A stretch of DNA of 32,000 nucleotides, from NCBI RefSeq assembly GCF_000013905.1, contig NC_007969.1, positions 510,001 to 542,000 of the forward strand. Reading direction: 5' to 3'. Each line of letters opens with the position of its first letter. Position 1 is the stretch's first letter. The translations under genes and the position numbers were made by a program. The notes under the pieces were generated by a model, which had not been told where the DNA came from, did no database searches, and worked only from the letters and a program-made list of their open reading frames with translations. Shown one piece after another: positions 1 through 9,068 of this stretch. Source of the DNA: Psychrobacter cryohalolentis K5 (GTDB lineage: Bacteria; Pseudomonadota; Gammaproteobacteria; Pseudomonadales; Moraxellaceae).

Positions 1-1398
1 TAAATGTTGACCAATTTTACCGATGTTTGGGTTTTCTAAAATAGGCTTTAAACGCGCCAAAACGGTATCGCGGTCGAGCTGTTTTGCTATTAATTCATCG
101 CCTTCTAGCGCATGAGTCAGCGGAATATAATAAGCTTCGTGTGCTTGCACAGCAAAAGACAAGCCAACCAATTCAGCCTGACGCCAATAGACACTCGTGG
201 TTTCGGTATCGATAACGAAATGCGGCGCAGATGCTAACAATTGAACTAAGTTGTCAAAGGCAGACTCGTCTAAAATAGTATGCCATGCTCTATCATGAAT
301 TTTGCTATCGGTAATATCACCGATGGTGCTTGATTGTAGGGATTTAGCGATTTGCGCTTGTGACTCAGCATCAGCCTGACTATGAGCAACACTTTGCGTG
401 CCATGCCCATTACCATTGGCAGGATGATTAGGGTGATCAAGTGACGCTAACTCATTTCTAAATTCGAGCTCACTATATAGCTCACGTAGCTCATTGATGT
501 GGGCGCAAGGATCAGTGTTTATTTTTAAATCTTGCCAGTCTTGCCCCACTTCTAAATCAGTAACAATGGTTGCCAGCTGCGCGTTCATCGGAATATCATC
601 GGCATATTCGAGCAAGTTTTTGCCAGCACGCCCTTTGATATTGGCGACATTTTTGAGCATATTATCGATATTGCCATATTCATTGAGCAAATCTTTGGCG
701 GTCTTTTTACCAATACCGGGTACGCCTTTGATACCGTCAGAGGAATCGCCCATCAAAGTTAAAAAATCAATCATCTGTTCAGGATTGATACCGAATTTTT
801 CAACCACGCCAGCGCTATCAGTCATCTTGCCTGTGAAGCTATCTTCTAGTATTACGCAGTCATTAATCAGCTGCATCATATCTTTATCTCCAGTTGAGAT
901 AACCACATGATGCCCTTCGGCAACTGCACGATAGGCGAGCGTACCGATAATATCGTCCGCTTCTGCGCCTTCGATACGTAACAGTGGAATCCCAAGCGCA
1001 GTGACCAAACGATGAATATAAGGAATCTGCTCGGCAAGCTCGATATCCATTTTTGGACGATTGGCTTTGTACTCTTCTGACATAGCATGACGAAAGGTCG
1101 GTGACTTGGTATCAAAACAAACGGCCATATGGGTTGGGTGATAACGGCGCATCAGCTTTAAAAGTGCATTGAGCGTGCCACGTATTGCATTGGTGACTAG
1201 CCCTTGCGAATTCTGCATGGTTTTTGGCAGCGCATGATAGGTACGAAACAGATAGTAAGAGCCATCGACCAAGATAAAAGGTGGCTGGTTTTTGTCCACA
1301 TGCGTGGTGTCCATTGTCGCCACATTGGGCATCGTTGCAAAATTCGGTAGCGTATTGGGATTAATAGGCGAGTGGGAGTTGTGATCGTTGGCAGTCAT
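1..1398 (-). CDS. polA: DNA polymerase I, N-terminal part (5'-3' exonuclease domain and the start of the 3'-5' exonuclease domain). The C-terminus lies beyond the left window edge.
   Basis: Absent from the ORF track because the frame has no stop inside the window. The reverse complement from the ATG at 1398 reads MTANDHNSHSPINPN..FILVDGSYYLFRTYHALP..LMGDSSDGIKGVPGIGKKTAKDLL (FEN/5'-3' exonuclease motifs), then ..HFVIDTETTS (ExoI). It stays open for all 466 codons down to nt 1. The track ORFs 494-910(+) and 876-1115(-) are out-of-frame or antisense artefacts inside it. Confidence 0.93.
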   Translation of the reverse strand, partial: MTANDHNSHSPINPNTLPNFATMPNVATMDTTHVDKNQPPFILVDGSYYLFRTYHALPKTMQNSQGLVTNAIRGTLNALLKLMRRYHPTHMAVCFDTKSPTFRHAMSEEYKANRPKMDIELAEQIPYIHRLVTALGIPLLRIEGAEADDIIGTLAYRAVAEGHHVVISTGDKDMMQLINDCVILEDSFTGKMTDSAGVVEKFGINPEQMIDFLTLMGDSSDGIKGVPGIGKKTAKDLLNEYGNIDNMLKNVANIKGRAGKNLLEYADDIPMNAQLATIVTDLEVGQDWQDLKINTDPCAHINELRELYSELEFRNELASLDHPNHPANGNGHGTQSVAHSQADAESQAQIAKSLQSSTIGDITDSKIHDRAWHTILDESAFDNLVQLLASAPHFVIDTETTSVYWRQAELVGLSFAVQAHEAYYIPLTHALEGDELIAKQLDRDTVLARLKPILENPNIGKIGQHL

Positions 1399-1573
1399 AG
1401 AGAGTCACTTATCAGGTTTTGGGTCGCAAGTATTGGTCAGTAAATATTTTGCAGTAAGTATGGAGTAAAAATATACCCTCATTATAACGATAAAAGCGCT
1501 GCGTGCCGAATAGATGATGGACGAATAGAATGCATAAACAGTTACGATGTGTATGACCTAAAATGATAATTCA

Positions 1574-1608
1574 TAAAAAAAGAACCCAGATCAACTGAGT
1601 TCTTTTTA
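1574..1608 (-). terminator. Rho-independent terminator downstream of ohr; the symmetric A/T flanks could also make it bidirectional
   Basis: Hairpin AGAACCCAG-ATCAA-CTGAGTTCT (1581-1603; 9-bp stem, 1 mismatch). It is flanked by A6 on the left (U-run on the minus-strand transcript) and T4 on the right, 30 nt past the ohr stop. Confidence 0.6.
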
Positions 1609-1637
1609 TCATTGTAACTATTGTAGTTACTAGAAAT

Positions 1638-2051
1638 TTATTTTACTTCTGAGGTTACTTCGCTATCGACATTACCATGGGTCGCTTTAGAATACGGGCA
1701 GACCTTATTGGCTTTCTCAACCAATTGCTGAAACTCATCCGCTGATAGCTCTGTATTTTCACCGATAACATGAATTTTAACGGCCAATTTAAAGTCTAGA
1801 CCTTCGCCTTTCTTTAAATCTACTGAGACTTCAGTAGTAGAATCAAACTTTGCTTTTTCTGCCCCTTTGACGGCACCAAGTGCACCATCAAAACAAGCAG
1901 CATAACCCATAGCGAACAGTTGCTCTGGGTTATTACCGTCTTTACCAGAACCAGGTGCAACCATATTGATGGTTAAATCGCTGTCTTGTACGCTAGCTTT
2001 ACCTGCACGGCCACCAGTGACAGATGCTTTGGTCGAATATAGGGTTTCCAT
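1638..2051 (-). CDS. ohr: Organic hydroperoxide resistance protein (Ohr/OsmC family peroxiredoxin)
   Basis: 137-aa ORF with the two conserved Ohr cysteines in their typical contexts (GYAACFDGAL and KVCPYSKATHGN). Length is typical and an SD-like AAAGGA lies upstream. Confidence 0.9.
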   Translation of the reverse strand: METLYSTKASVTGGRAGKASVQDSDLTINMVAPGSGKDGNNPEQLFAMGYAACFDGALGAVKGAEKAKFDSTTEVSVDLKKGEGLDFKLAVKIHVIGENTELSADEFQQLVEKANKVCPYSKATHGNVDSEVTSEVK

Positions 2052-2330
2052 AATGTATCCTTTTATATAAATTGTTTTCCATCATTTCTAGGTAGTATTT
2101 TTGAGTCTTGTTATAGCTAGTTATAAAATAGCCCATCTAGCATACCAGAGGACAAGGCAAGCTTTATATAGCGGCAGTAAAAGTATGATATGAATTTGTA
2201 AGTTAGTTTTCTCAGTAAAATCAGATTATAACTAGCTCTCTATAAGTAGTCGTTGCAATAAAGTGAAGGCGATAAGACTGATTTAGTCAAAACAAATCGT
2301 TGCTCATAAAAACAGCTTGTATCTATAGAT

Positions 2331-3683
2331 TTATTTATGAGCTGCTTGCCATGCGCCCATCGAACCAAGATAAATATCGATGTTTTCAAAACCTTGGCTT
2401 GCAAGCCATCCTGCGGCTATTGTGGCCCGTGCTCCGCTAGCACACATCAAGGTGTAATGATGTCTCTTATCAAGTTCACGCCAACATTTGTTAAGATGTC
2501 CAACGTAAATGTGTTGTGACCCCTCGATTGCGACAGTATCTCGTTCGTCGGCATCACGGACATCGAGTAGGGTCCAGCCCTCAGTGTCATTCTTTAGACG
2601 AGCTTCAACCTCGCTAGTATCAATCATAGGGGTTTGCTGCATTTTTTCACCTTTCGCAGCAGCGGAAACCACGCCGATATAGCCACCTAATACGTTATCA
2701 AGGGCAATCCGAACCAGATGCTCCATAGCCGTGGCGAGTTGTGCCTCATCAGAGGCAATTAATGCCAAGCTTTCGCCTTCATGGATGTACCACCCGGCAA
2801 AGGCGGAAATCATGCTCACGGGTAGGCTCATCGCTCCAGGTAAATGACCGGAAGCATAAGCCATCGGCTCACGAATATCAATCAGATGATCGGCACCGCA
2901 GCTTTTCAACTGCTGTAGCGAAAAGCTGCGCGGTCGAATAACAGACGGAGGTGCAGTACCGCCCTCCATGTTCAAGCGCTCCATTAGTCTGAAATAAGGC
3001 GGCTGATAATGGTTTTCGCTGACCTTAAAGCGGATAAAGGCGTCGCGATCTGTGAATTGTAAACGTGGGTTATTCAATCTTTCATGACCGACGCTAGAGA
3101 ATTCACGCTTTGCCATACCTGATCCGCAGACAGAGCCCGCGCCGTGTGCAGGATGTATAATGGCCTGATCACCTAGTGCTAAGATTTTTTGTAGCGAATC
3201 ATAGAGTAGACCTGCGACTTCCTCAGCTCTATCAGGATAGAAGTCAGTACGGCCGACGTCACCGACGAATAGGGCATCTCCGGTGAAGACCGCCACAGCT
3301 TTATCGGGGTAAGCTGTGTCAAATAGAGCATAGGCAAGATGGTCATCAGTATGACCGGGCGTTTCTAAAACGCGTATTTCAAGCTGACCGATGGTAAAAC
3401 AATCACCATCGCGCACCGTTTGAGCATAGACGATAGGCTGTTCTGGGTTCGGACCGTGAAGAATACTGGCGCCGGTCATTTCTGCTAGAATCGGAGCACC
3501 GGAAACAAGGTCTTCGTTGCGATGAGTTTCGAAAATATGTGTGATTTCTAACCCTTGTGCCCGTGCCTTTTCTACATAAATCGCGCAGTCACGGCGAGGA
3601 TCTATCACTGCAGCTTGACCACCTGACCCCACCAGATAAGATAGATGGGCAAGCCCAGGTGTCTTAATCTTTTCAAGCAACAT
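2331..3683 (-). CDS. Metallo-beta-lactamase-fold protein fused to two rhodanese-like domains (CstB/persulfide-dioxygenase-sulfurtransferase-like architecture)
   Basis: 450-aa ORF. The N-terminal MBL fold has the motifs ETHRNEDLVSG, TPGHTDDH, FTGDALF and HPAHG. The C-terminal rhodanese has the active-site loop C414-ASGAR. A strong SD (AAGGAGA) lies upstream of the ATG at 3683. Confidence 0.8.
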   Translation of the reverse strand: MLLEKIKTPGLAHLSYLVGSGGQAAVIDPRRDCAIYVEKARAQGLEITHIFETHRNEDLVSGAPILAEMTGASILHGPNPEQPIVYAQTVRDGDCFTIGQLEIRVLETPGHTDDHLAYALFDTAYPDKAVAVFTGDALFVGDVGRTDFYPDRAEEVAGLLYDSLQKILALGDQAIIHPAHGAGSVCGSGMAKREFSSVGHERLNNPRLQFTDRDAFIRFKVSENHYQPPYFRLMERLNMEGGTAPPSVIRPRSFSLQQLKSCGADHLIDIREPMAYASGHLPGAMSLPVSMISAFAGWYIHEGESLALIASDEAQLATAMEHLVRIALDNVLGGYIGVVSAAAKGEKMQQTPMIDTSEVEARLKNDTEGWTLLDVRDADERDTVAIEGSQHIYVGHLNKCWRELDKRHHYTLMCASGARATIAAGWLASQGFENIDIYLGSMGAWQAAHK

Positions 3684-4001
3684 AACTGTCTCCTTCTAAT
3701 AATTTTACAATGACTAACATATGATTGTTTTTATCTCTTTTAATAAAAATCTTTGAATAATCAATGTTGTATGATGATGTTTTGATTGTCAAACAGGTTT
3801 CTTATACAATTAAATGAGTGTTTTGTAAAAATCATGGATCTAGATAAGTGGTGTAAATAAGGCTGTTGCAAGCTAAGGGATGAATAGTATCTTAACCATA
3901 AATCCGCTACAATACGCGCACCAAAATCCATCACATTTACTGTTAGACCTTTTCTAAATTCTTGTTTTTTTCTTCCAAAATTTAACGATAAGTTATTCAT
4001 T

Positions 4002-5597
4002 ATGAGCGTAGATCCAAAGAAATTAAATAAAGAAGTGGCCAAGCGCCGCACTTTTGCCATCATCTCGCATCCTGATGCTGGTAAGACGACGATGACCGAA
4101 AAGCTGCTGCTATGGGGTAAAGCGATTCAAGTAGTGGGCGAGGTCAAAGGTCGTAAAACCGACCGCCATGCGACATCTGATTGGATGAGTATGGAGCAGG
4201 AGCGTGGTATTTCTATTACCACTTCGGTCATGCAGTTCCCTTATAAAGAACATATGGTCAACCTGCTAGATACACCGGGTCACGCTGACTTTAGTGAAGA
4301 TACCTATCGTACTCTGACCGCTGTAGACAGTGCGCTGATGATGGTCGATGGCGCAAAAGGTGTCGAAGAACGTACCATCAAATTGATGGAAGTTTGCCGG
4401 ATGCGTGATACACCCATCATCTCATTCGTCAATAAACTTGACCGCCAGATTCGTGAGCCGCTTGAGCTATTGAGTGAAATCGAAGCGGTATTAAAGATTA
4501 AATGTATTCCTGTCACTTGGCCTATCGGTATGGGACAGGATTTTGTTGGTGTCTATCATTTAACCGAAAACAAAACCTATTTTTATGAGAAAGGTCATGG
4601 CGGTGATATGACGGTCGCTGAGACGCGCGAAGGCTATGATTATCCTGATATCCGTGAGCGCTTGGGCGCTTTGATGTTCGCCTCATTTGAAGAGTCATTA
4701 GAATTGGTACAAATGGCGCTAGAAGATTTCGATGTTGACGAGTTTTTAGCCGGTGAGATGACACCCGTATTGTTCGGTACAGCGCTAGGTAACTTTGGCG
4801 TCAATATGGTACTTGATACTTTAATCAAATATGCGCCGCCACCAAAAGCGCATCCGACCAATGAACGTGAAGTAGCGGCGACTGAGACAACGTTTAGTGG
4901 TTTTGTCTTTAAGATTCAGGCAAACATGGATCCGCGTCATCGTGATCGCATTGCATTTTTACGTGTCTGCTCAGGTAAGTACGAAAAAGGTATGAAATTA
5001 AAGCATGTACGCTTGGGTAAAGACGTACGTATTGCTGATGCTTTGACCTTTTTAGCAGGTGACCGCGAAGCGTTAGAAGAAGCCTATCCGGGTGATATTA
5101 TTGGTTTACACAATCATGGCACCATCTCTATCGGCGATAGTTTCACTGAAGGCGAAGAGCTCAACTTTACCGGTATCCCGCATTTCGCCCCTGAGCTATT
5201 CCGTCGTGTCATTCTAAAAGATCCGCTCAAATCAAAAGCGCTGCAAAAAGGTCTACAGCAGTTGAGTGAAGAGGGCGCAACGCAGGTCTTTATGCCGCAG
5301 ATTAATAATGATTTAATCTTGGGTGCGGTCGGTGTACTACAGTTCGAAGTGGTCGCCCATCGTCTCAAAGAAGAGTACAAAGTACAGTGTATCTTTGAGC
5401 CGGTATCGATTGCGACCGTTCGCTGGATTCATTGCGATGACGAAGTGGCGTTAGCCAAGTTTAAGCGCAAAGCCCATGACCAACTATCGCTAGATGGCGG
5501 TGGTCATCTGACTTATCTTGCGCCATCACGGGTGAACTTGCAGCTGATGCAAGATCGCTATCCAGAAGTGACGTTTAGCAATACGCGTGAGCACTAA
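4002..5597 (+). CDS. prfC: Peptide chain release factor 3 (translational GTPase)
   Basis: 531 aa. N-terminus ..[23 protein letters not shown].., with the G motifs DTPGH and NKLD. It is full-length collinear with the RF3 family. Confidence 0.97.
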   Translation: MSVDPKKLNKEVAKRRTFAIISHPDAGKTTMTEKLLLWGKAIQVVGEVKGRKTDRHATSDWMSMEQERGISITTSVMQFPYKEHMVNLLDTPGHADFSEDTYRTLTAVDSALMMVDGAKGVEERTIKLMEVCRMRDTPIISFVNKLDRQIREPLELLSEIEAVLKIKCIPVTWPIGMGQDFVGVYHLTENKTYFYEKGHGGDMTVAETREGYDYPDIRERLGALMFASFEESLELVQMALEDFDVDEFLAGEMTPVLFGTALGNFGVNMVLDTLIKYAPPPKAHPTNEREVAATETTFSGFVFKIQANMDPRHRDRIAFLRVCSGKYEKGMKLKHVRLGKDVRIADALTFLAGDREALEEAYPGDIIGLHNHGTISIGDSFTEGEELNFTGIPHFAPELFRRVILKDPLKSKALQKGLQQLSEEGATQVFMPQINNDLILGAVGVLQFEVVAHRLKEEYKVQCIFEPVSIATVRWIHCDDEVALAKFKRKAHDQLSLDGGGHLTYLAPSRVNLQLMQDRYPEVTFSNTREH

Positions 5598-5625
5598 AAT
5601 CCATTATGCCACTTTGCTTAATCTT

Positions 5626-5652
5626 AAAAGACACGTTATCGTGTCTTTTTTA
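5626..5652 (+). terminator. Rho-independent terminator of prfC
   Basis: AGACACG-TTAT-CGTGTCT (5629-5646; perfect 7-bp stem, extendable with A/T pairs) followed by a T5 run. It lies 30 nt after the stop. Confidence 0.8.
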
Positions 5653-5786
5653 TTAGCTTATCAAACAGCGTATTATTGATTTTAATCCCTATGGTTCTAG
5701 AAAAAACACGAACAGTGTTCCTACAATATAGGACAAAGGTTACGGTAGAATATCAGTAAATCTTATAGATATATTAAAGAGGCTAT

Positions 5787-6641
5787 ATGAAAACTGCTAA
5801 TCAACGTCCTATTATTGAGTCACAATCAGTCCAGCAATCTTCTACGGATGCGGGTAGGCTGCGTTTATTGTCAATAGTAAGTAGTGGGTTGCTGTTTGGC
5901 ACGTTAAGCTTCTCAGCATATGCCGGTAGCCTTTTTAGTAGCACAGAGTATCTCGATTATCAGTTACCCAAAAAACTACAAGAAACCTGCACGGCGCGTG
6001 ATAACTGTCCGGAGATTGAAGTTAAATATCTTAAAACCAATCACAAATGGATAAACGATATCACCAATCAGCGTATCAATACGCTGGTTGTAAATAGTAA
6101 ACCCTCTGAATCTGCGCCTATCACTACCAAAGCCACTCCAGCTGCTGTCAAAAACGCGCTTGATGGTTTTGCTGCCTCGCAATTGAATGAGCTACCGAGT
6201 GACAGTGCGTTTGCTTACAGCCTAACGGTGACACCTGAATATGTGGGTCATATTAATGATTTTGAGACGTTCGAGATAAGCTCATATGTCTTTACTGGCG
6301 GCGCACATGGAATGCCGTATAGCGAATATCTAGTGTTTGACCAGAAGACGAAAAAACAAATTAAACTGGCTGATATGCTGCAAAGCGGTAAAAAGCCACA
6401 GTTTAATGCGCTTGTCTATAATGCTTATAAAGACTGGGTGAAAACGGTCGATAAAGATGTGAAAAACTACGAAAAAAATTGGCCATTTACCTTAAGTGAT
6501 AACGTCACATTGACGGATAAAGGGATTGATATTCGTTATCAGCATTATGCTATCGCTCCCTATGCCTATGGTATGCCAGTGCTTAGCATTCCTTATAATA
6601 AGCTTAGCGGTATCATACAACCGCGCTTTATCCCTAAATAA
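5787..6641 (+). CDS. Secreted DUF3298/DUF4163-like (RsiV/PdaC C-terminal-like) protein
   Basis: 284 aa. It has an N-terminal signal-like segment (LLSIVSSGLLFGTLSFSAYA/GS) and the characteristic ..FEISSYVFTGGAHGMPY..FD.. block of the DUF3298 family, recognised from memory. SD AAAGAGG precedes the start. Confidence 0.7.
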   Translation: MKTANQRPIIESQSVQQSSTDAGRLRLLSIVSSGLLFGTLSFSAYAGSLFSSTEYLDYQLPKKLQETCTARDNCPEIEVKYLKTNHKWINDITNQRINTLVVNSKPSESAPITTKATPAAVKNALDGFAASQLNELPSDSAFAYSLTVTPEYVGHINDFETFEISSYVFTGGAHGMPYSEYLVFDQKTKKQIKLADMLQSGKKPQFNALVYNAYKDWVKTVDKDVKNYEKNWPFTLSDNVTLTDKGIDIRYQHYAIAPYAYGMPVLSIPYNKLSGIIQPRFIPK

Positions 6642-6723
6642 TATAGCTATAAACGTCAGATACAATAGGATGGATCAGCTAATGACCATCATGAATATTT
6701 AATAATAAATAAGGAGTCATCGC

Positions 6724-7857
6724 ATGACAAACGATATCGATAATATGAATGCCGCAACGACCAATACATGGCAGTTGAATGCCTTGACAGAGGCACTTGG
6801 CGATCTGACATTAACGGTCACTGACAGCCTCTCTGTGGGCCGTGGTAGTGATAATGATCTGGTACTAGGTAGCAAGCAAATTTCACGCAATCATGCACAA
6901 CTGAGTGTCTTAAACGGTCAGCTATACGTAAAAGATCTAGAGTCGTCAAATGGCACTTTTATTAATGATGAGCGTATCGCTGCCAATGAATCGAAGCAGT
7001 TATCAGCAGAGGATACGCTTGGGTTTGCAAGCTTTATTTTTCAGGTAAGTAAGCCAGTGGCTGCTACTGTTATTCATGAGCAAGCAGTTGCAGATAAACC
7101 AACGTTAATGTTGAGTCCTGATACTGAGATAGCACCTATCGTTGAAGCAGAGCCAGTCGTCAAAGAAACGATAATCGAAGAGATATTACCTGTCGAAAAT
7201 TCTTTAGAAGCAATGCCTATTGCTGCTGTGCAAGCAGAACAGATTGTTAGCGCTGCTCAAACAGATGAGCCAGTGATTAAAGAAACAGGCATCACTGATA
7301 TCTTAGCCGCCGCAGATAAAGCCGAACCTGTATTGAGCGAAGTAGAATATAGTCCTACTGAAACCTCAAGTGTCCCTATTGTGGCTGCTGAGCCCGAAGT
7401 AATAGAGTCTATCTCAACCGAAACTACATCAACGCCTTCTGCTCATCAAGAATCACTTTTAGAGCAGCCCGTCTTAGCTGATGAGCCTTTGCTACATAAA
7501 GACGCTGTATCCGAAACCCTTTCAGAAACGTCTCCTGTAAGTGAGGCGCCAGTCATTGAAGCAGCTATTGAGCCAGAGCATGACAAAACCACTAAGACGG
7601 CCTTGCAAGAAGAAGCAGATCCAGATGTACTGCGTGCTAAACAGGCAGCCACTTCACAGTTTTCGGGCACAGCCAATCTAGGTCAATCTCGCGATTTGGG
7701 TACTACAGGCAATAATGCGATGGATCAAGCACTGGATAACCCTGCCACTACTGGAGCAGTTGAAAAGAAACCGAGTGGTAGTTGGTTTATATGGGTGTTT
7801 GTCGCGATTATTATTATTGGCTTAGCACTATGGTTGTTTAATACAGGAATGGTATAG
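6724..7857 (+). CDS. FHA-domain protein with a long acidic low-complexity linker and a C-terminal transmembrane anchor
   Basis: 377 aa. FHA signature: SVGRGSDNDLVLGSKQISRNHAQL..LYVKDLESSNGTFINDERI. It also has roughly 230 aa of E/P/T/A-rich sequence and a terminal hydrophobic helix, WFIWVFVAIIIIGLALWLF, 6 residues from the end. SD AAGGAG precedes the start. Confidence 0.85.
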   Translation: MTNDIDNMNAATTNTWQLNALTEALGDLTLTVTDSLSVGRGSDNDLVLGSKQISRNHAQLSVLNGQLYVKDLESSNGTFINDERIAANESKQLSAEDTLGFASFIFQVSKPVAATVIHEQAVADKPTLMLSPDTEIAPIVEAEPVVKETIIEEILPVENSLEAMPIAAVQAEQIVSAAQTDEPVIKETGITDILAAADKAEPVLSEVEYSPTETSSVPIVAAEPEVIESISTETTSTPSAHQESLLEQPVLADEPLLHKDAVSETLSETSPVSEAPVIEAAIEPEHDKTTKTALQEEADPDVLRAKQAATSQFSGTANLGQSRDLGTTGNNAMDQALDNPATTGAVEKKPSGSWFIWVFVAIIIIGLALWLFNTGMV

Positions 7858-8298
7858 CCAATTTTTAACAAGAGAGCTATCTTTGTTTATTTAAATAATA
7901 AATTGGCCAACTGGTAAAAGTTGTAGTTGATTGGCTTTAAGATATTTTTGCTTTAAGAGATTAGTACTATGTTAGGATAAATTTTGCATCGCTTTAAATA
8001 GTAATTTTATAGCGAACAAGTTTTATCTTAGCATCGTAGGAATCACAAGTTTTAACGGTATCTTTTCAAAATTCTGCCGCTGATAAGTATTAGCGCTTGG
8101 CAGGTTTACATAATTATTGAATATTTCTAGCAATGAATAACCAATCTAAAGAAGTTAAGTGTCTAGGTTTTTTGGCTAAAAGATAGACCGTTGAAATAAG
8201 AGTAGTAAAAGTAGCTATTTCCAAAAAATAAAAACCCTTTTATAATCAGTTGTTTGAGATTTTTTATTAAAATAAAGTCAAAAATACTAAAAAAGGGC

Positions 8299-8326
8299 TT
8301 GCGCATCTCAAAATATTTGATAGAAT
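8299..8326 (+). promoter_or_regulatory. Sigma70-type promoter of the tRNA cluster (stable-RNA-like)
   Basis: -35 TTGCGC (8299-8304), a 16-nt spacer and -10 TAGAAT (8321-8326). It is followed by a GC-rich discriminator (AGCCACCAC) and preceded by A-tract-rich DNA resembling an UP element. The first tRNA starts 23 nt downstream of the -10. Confidence 0.6.
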
Positions 8327-8348
8327 AGCCACCACTTTGAGAGAACAA

Positions 8349-8424
<76 letters not shown>

Positions 8425-8491
8425 TCTCTCTCAAAGTAGCTTTTTATGAATATGTCTTAAACTAAAGCCATTTTTGTTTAAAGCAACCTAA

Positions 8492-8575
8492 GGTGGGATT
8501 GGGGAGCGGTCAAACCCAACAGACTGTAAATCTGTCGCGAAAGCTTCGAAGGTTCGAATCCTTCTCCCACCACCA
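8492..8575 (+). tRNA. tRNA-Tyr (anticodon GUA), class II with long variable arm
   Basis: 84 nt. Acceptor GGTGGGA/TCCCACC, anticodon arm ACAGA-CTGTAAA-TCTGT, long variable arm, T arm GAAGG-TTCGAAT-CCTTC, encoded CCA. Confidence 0.95.
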
Positions 8576-8660
8576 TATTTTTCTAAGTTCGTCTTAGCGC
8601 CAAGCATACTCTATATCAATCCATGATTCTTTATCAGAGTCAACCCAGATAAGAGTAAAT

Positions 8661-8734
8661 GCGGGTGTGGTATAATGGTAACACCTTAGCCTTCCAAGCT
8701 AATGACGCGGGTTCGATTCCCGCCACCCGCTCCA
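8661..8734 (+). tRNA. tRNA-Gly (anticodon UCC)
   Basis: 74 nt. Acceptor GCGGGTG/CACCCGC, anticodon loop CTTCCAA, T arm GCGGG-TTCGATT-CCCGC, encoded CCA. It closely resembles E. coli glyT. Confidence 0.96.
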
Positions 8735-8766
8735 TATATGTACCATTGCACAAATCATCAATACTC

Positions 8767-8810
8767 ATCACGACAGTCAGTTAATATTGCTGTATCGTGA
8801 TATTTTTTTT
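8767..8810 (+). terminator. Terminator-like hairpin plus T8 run inside the tRNA cluster (between tRNA-Gly and tRNA-Thr-GGU)
   Basis: ATCACGA-CAG (8767-8776) pairs with CTG-(TA bulge)-TCGTGAT (8790-8801). This is followed by A then T8 (8803-8810). The stem is AU-rich, so efficiency is uncertain. Confidence 0.45.
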
Positions 8811-8851
8811 AGTGCAACTTAGTGGTTGGCTACTGTAGTTGTTAAAAGCAC

Positions 8852-8926
<75 letters not shown>

Positions 8927-9040
8927 TTTATTGTTCCATTATTTATATTCGCTTTGCTAGTGCTTGTCCATAGCTCAGTATTGGTATCAAAATTATAAAA
9001 TATCGAAAATTATACATACAGTGTGGCAGAGAATAATTCA

Positions 9041-9068
9041 AAGGTGACACTGAGGTGTTGCCTTTTTG
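9041..9068 (+). terminator. Rho-independent terminator downstream of the last tRNA
   Basis: AAGGTGACAC (9041-9050), loop TGAG, GTGTTGCCTT (9055-9064). This gives a 10-bp stem including two G:U pairs, running into a T5 tract (9063-9067). Confidence 0.55.

Noticed and set aside
494-1115. Track ORFs 494-910(+) and 876-1115(-)
   Set aside because: Both lie entirely inside the polA reading frame (minus strand, open from 1398 to nt 1), antisense or out of frame. Their sequences are Ser/Ile/Leu-rich with no recognisable motifs. polA explains the region.
3761-4063. 100-aa ORF on the minus strand spanning the prfC start
   Set aside because: It overlaps the prfC N-terminus and its AT-rich upstream region. 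It has no SD, a non-coding-like composition and no recognisable domain.
5709-5721. CGAACAGTGTTCC palindrome upstream of the DUF3298 gene as a possible LexA (Cheo-box-like) site
   Set aside because: The half-site spacing is GAAC-N3-GTTC, not the N4 of the Cheo box. The motif also differs from the gammaproteobacterial CTGT-N8-ACAG box. There is only a single occurrence and no SOS gene context.
8163-8348. 61-aa minus-strand ORF upstream of the tRNA cluster
   Set aside because: It runs through the predicted tRNA promoter and UP-element DNA. Its Phe/Ile/Lys-rich translation is typical of AT-rich non-coding sequence.
8962-8986. tRNA-like fragment GCTTGTCCATAGCTCAGTATTGGTA (acceptor 5' strand plus D-arm-like sequence) after the fourth tRNA
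   Set aside because: There is no closing D stem, anticodon arm, T arm (no GTTCRANYC) or 3' acceptor strand. At most it is a decayed 5' remnant of a tRNA gene, not a fifth tRNA.
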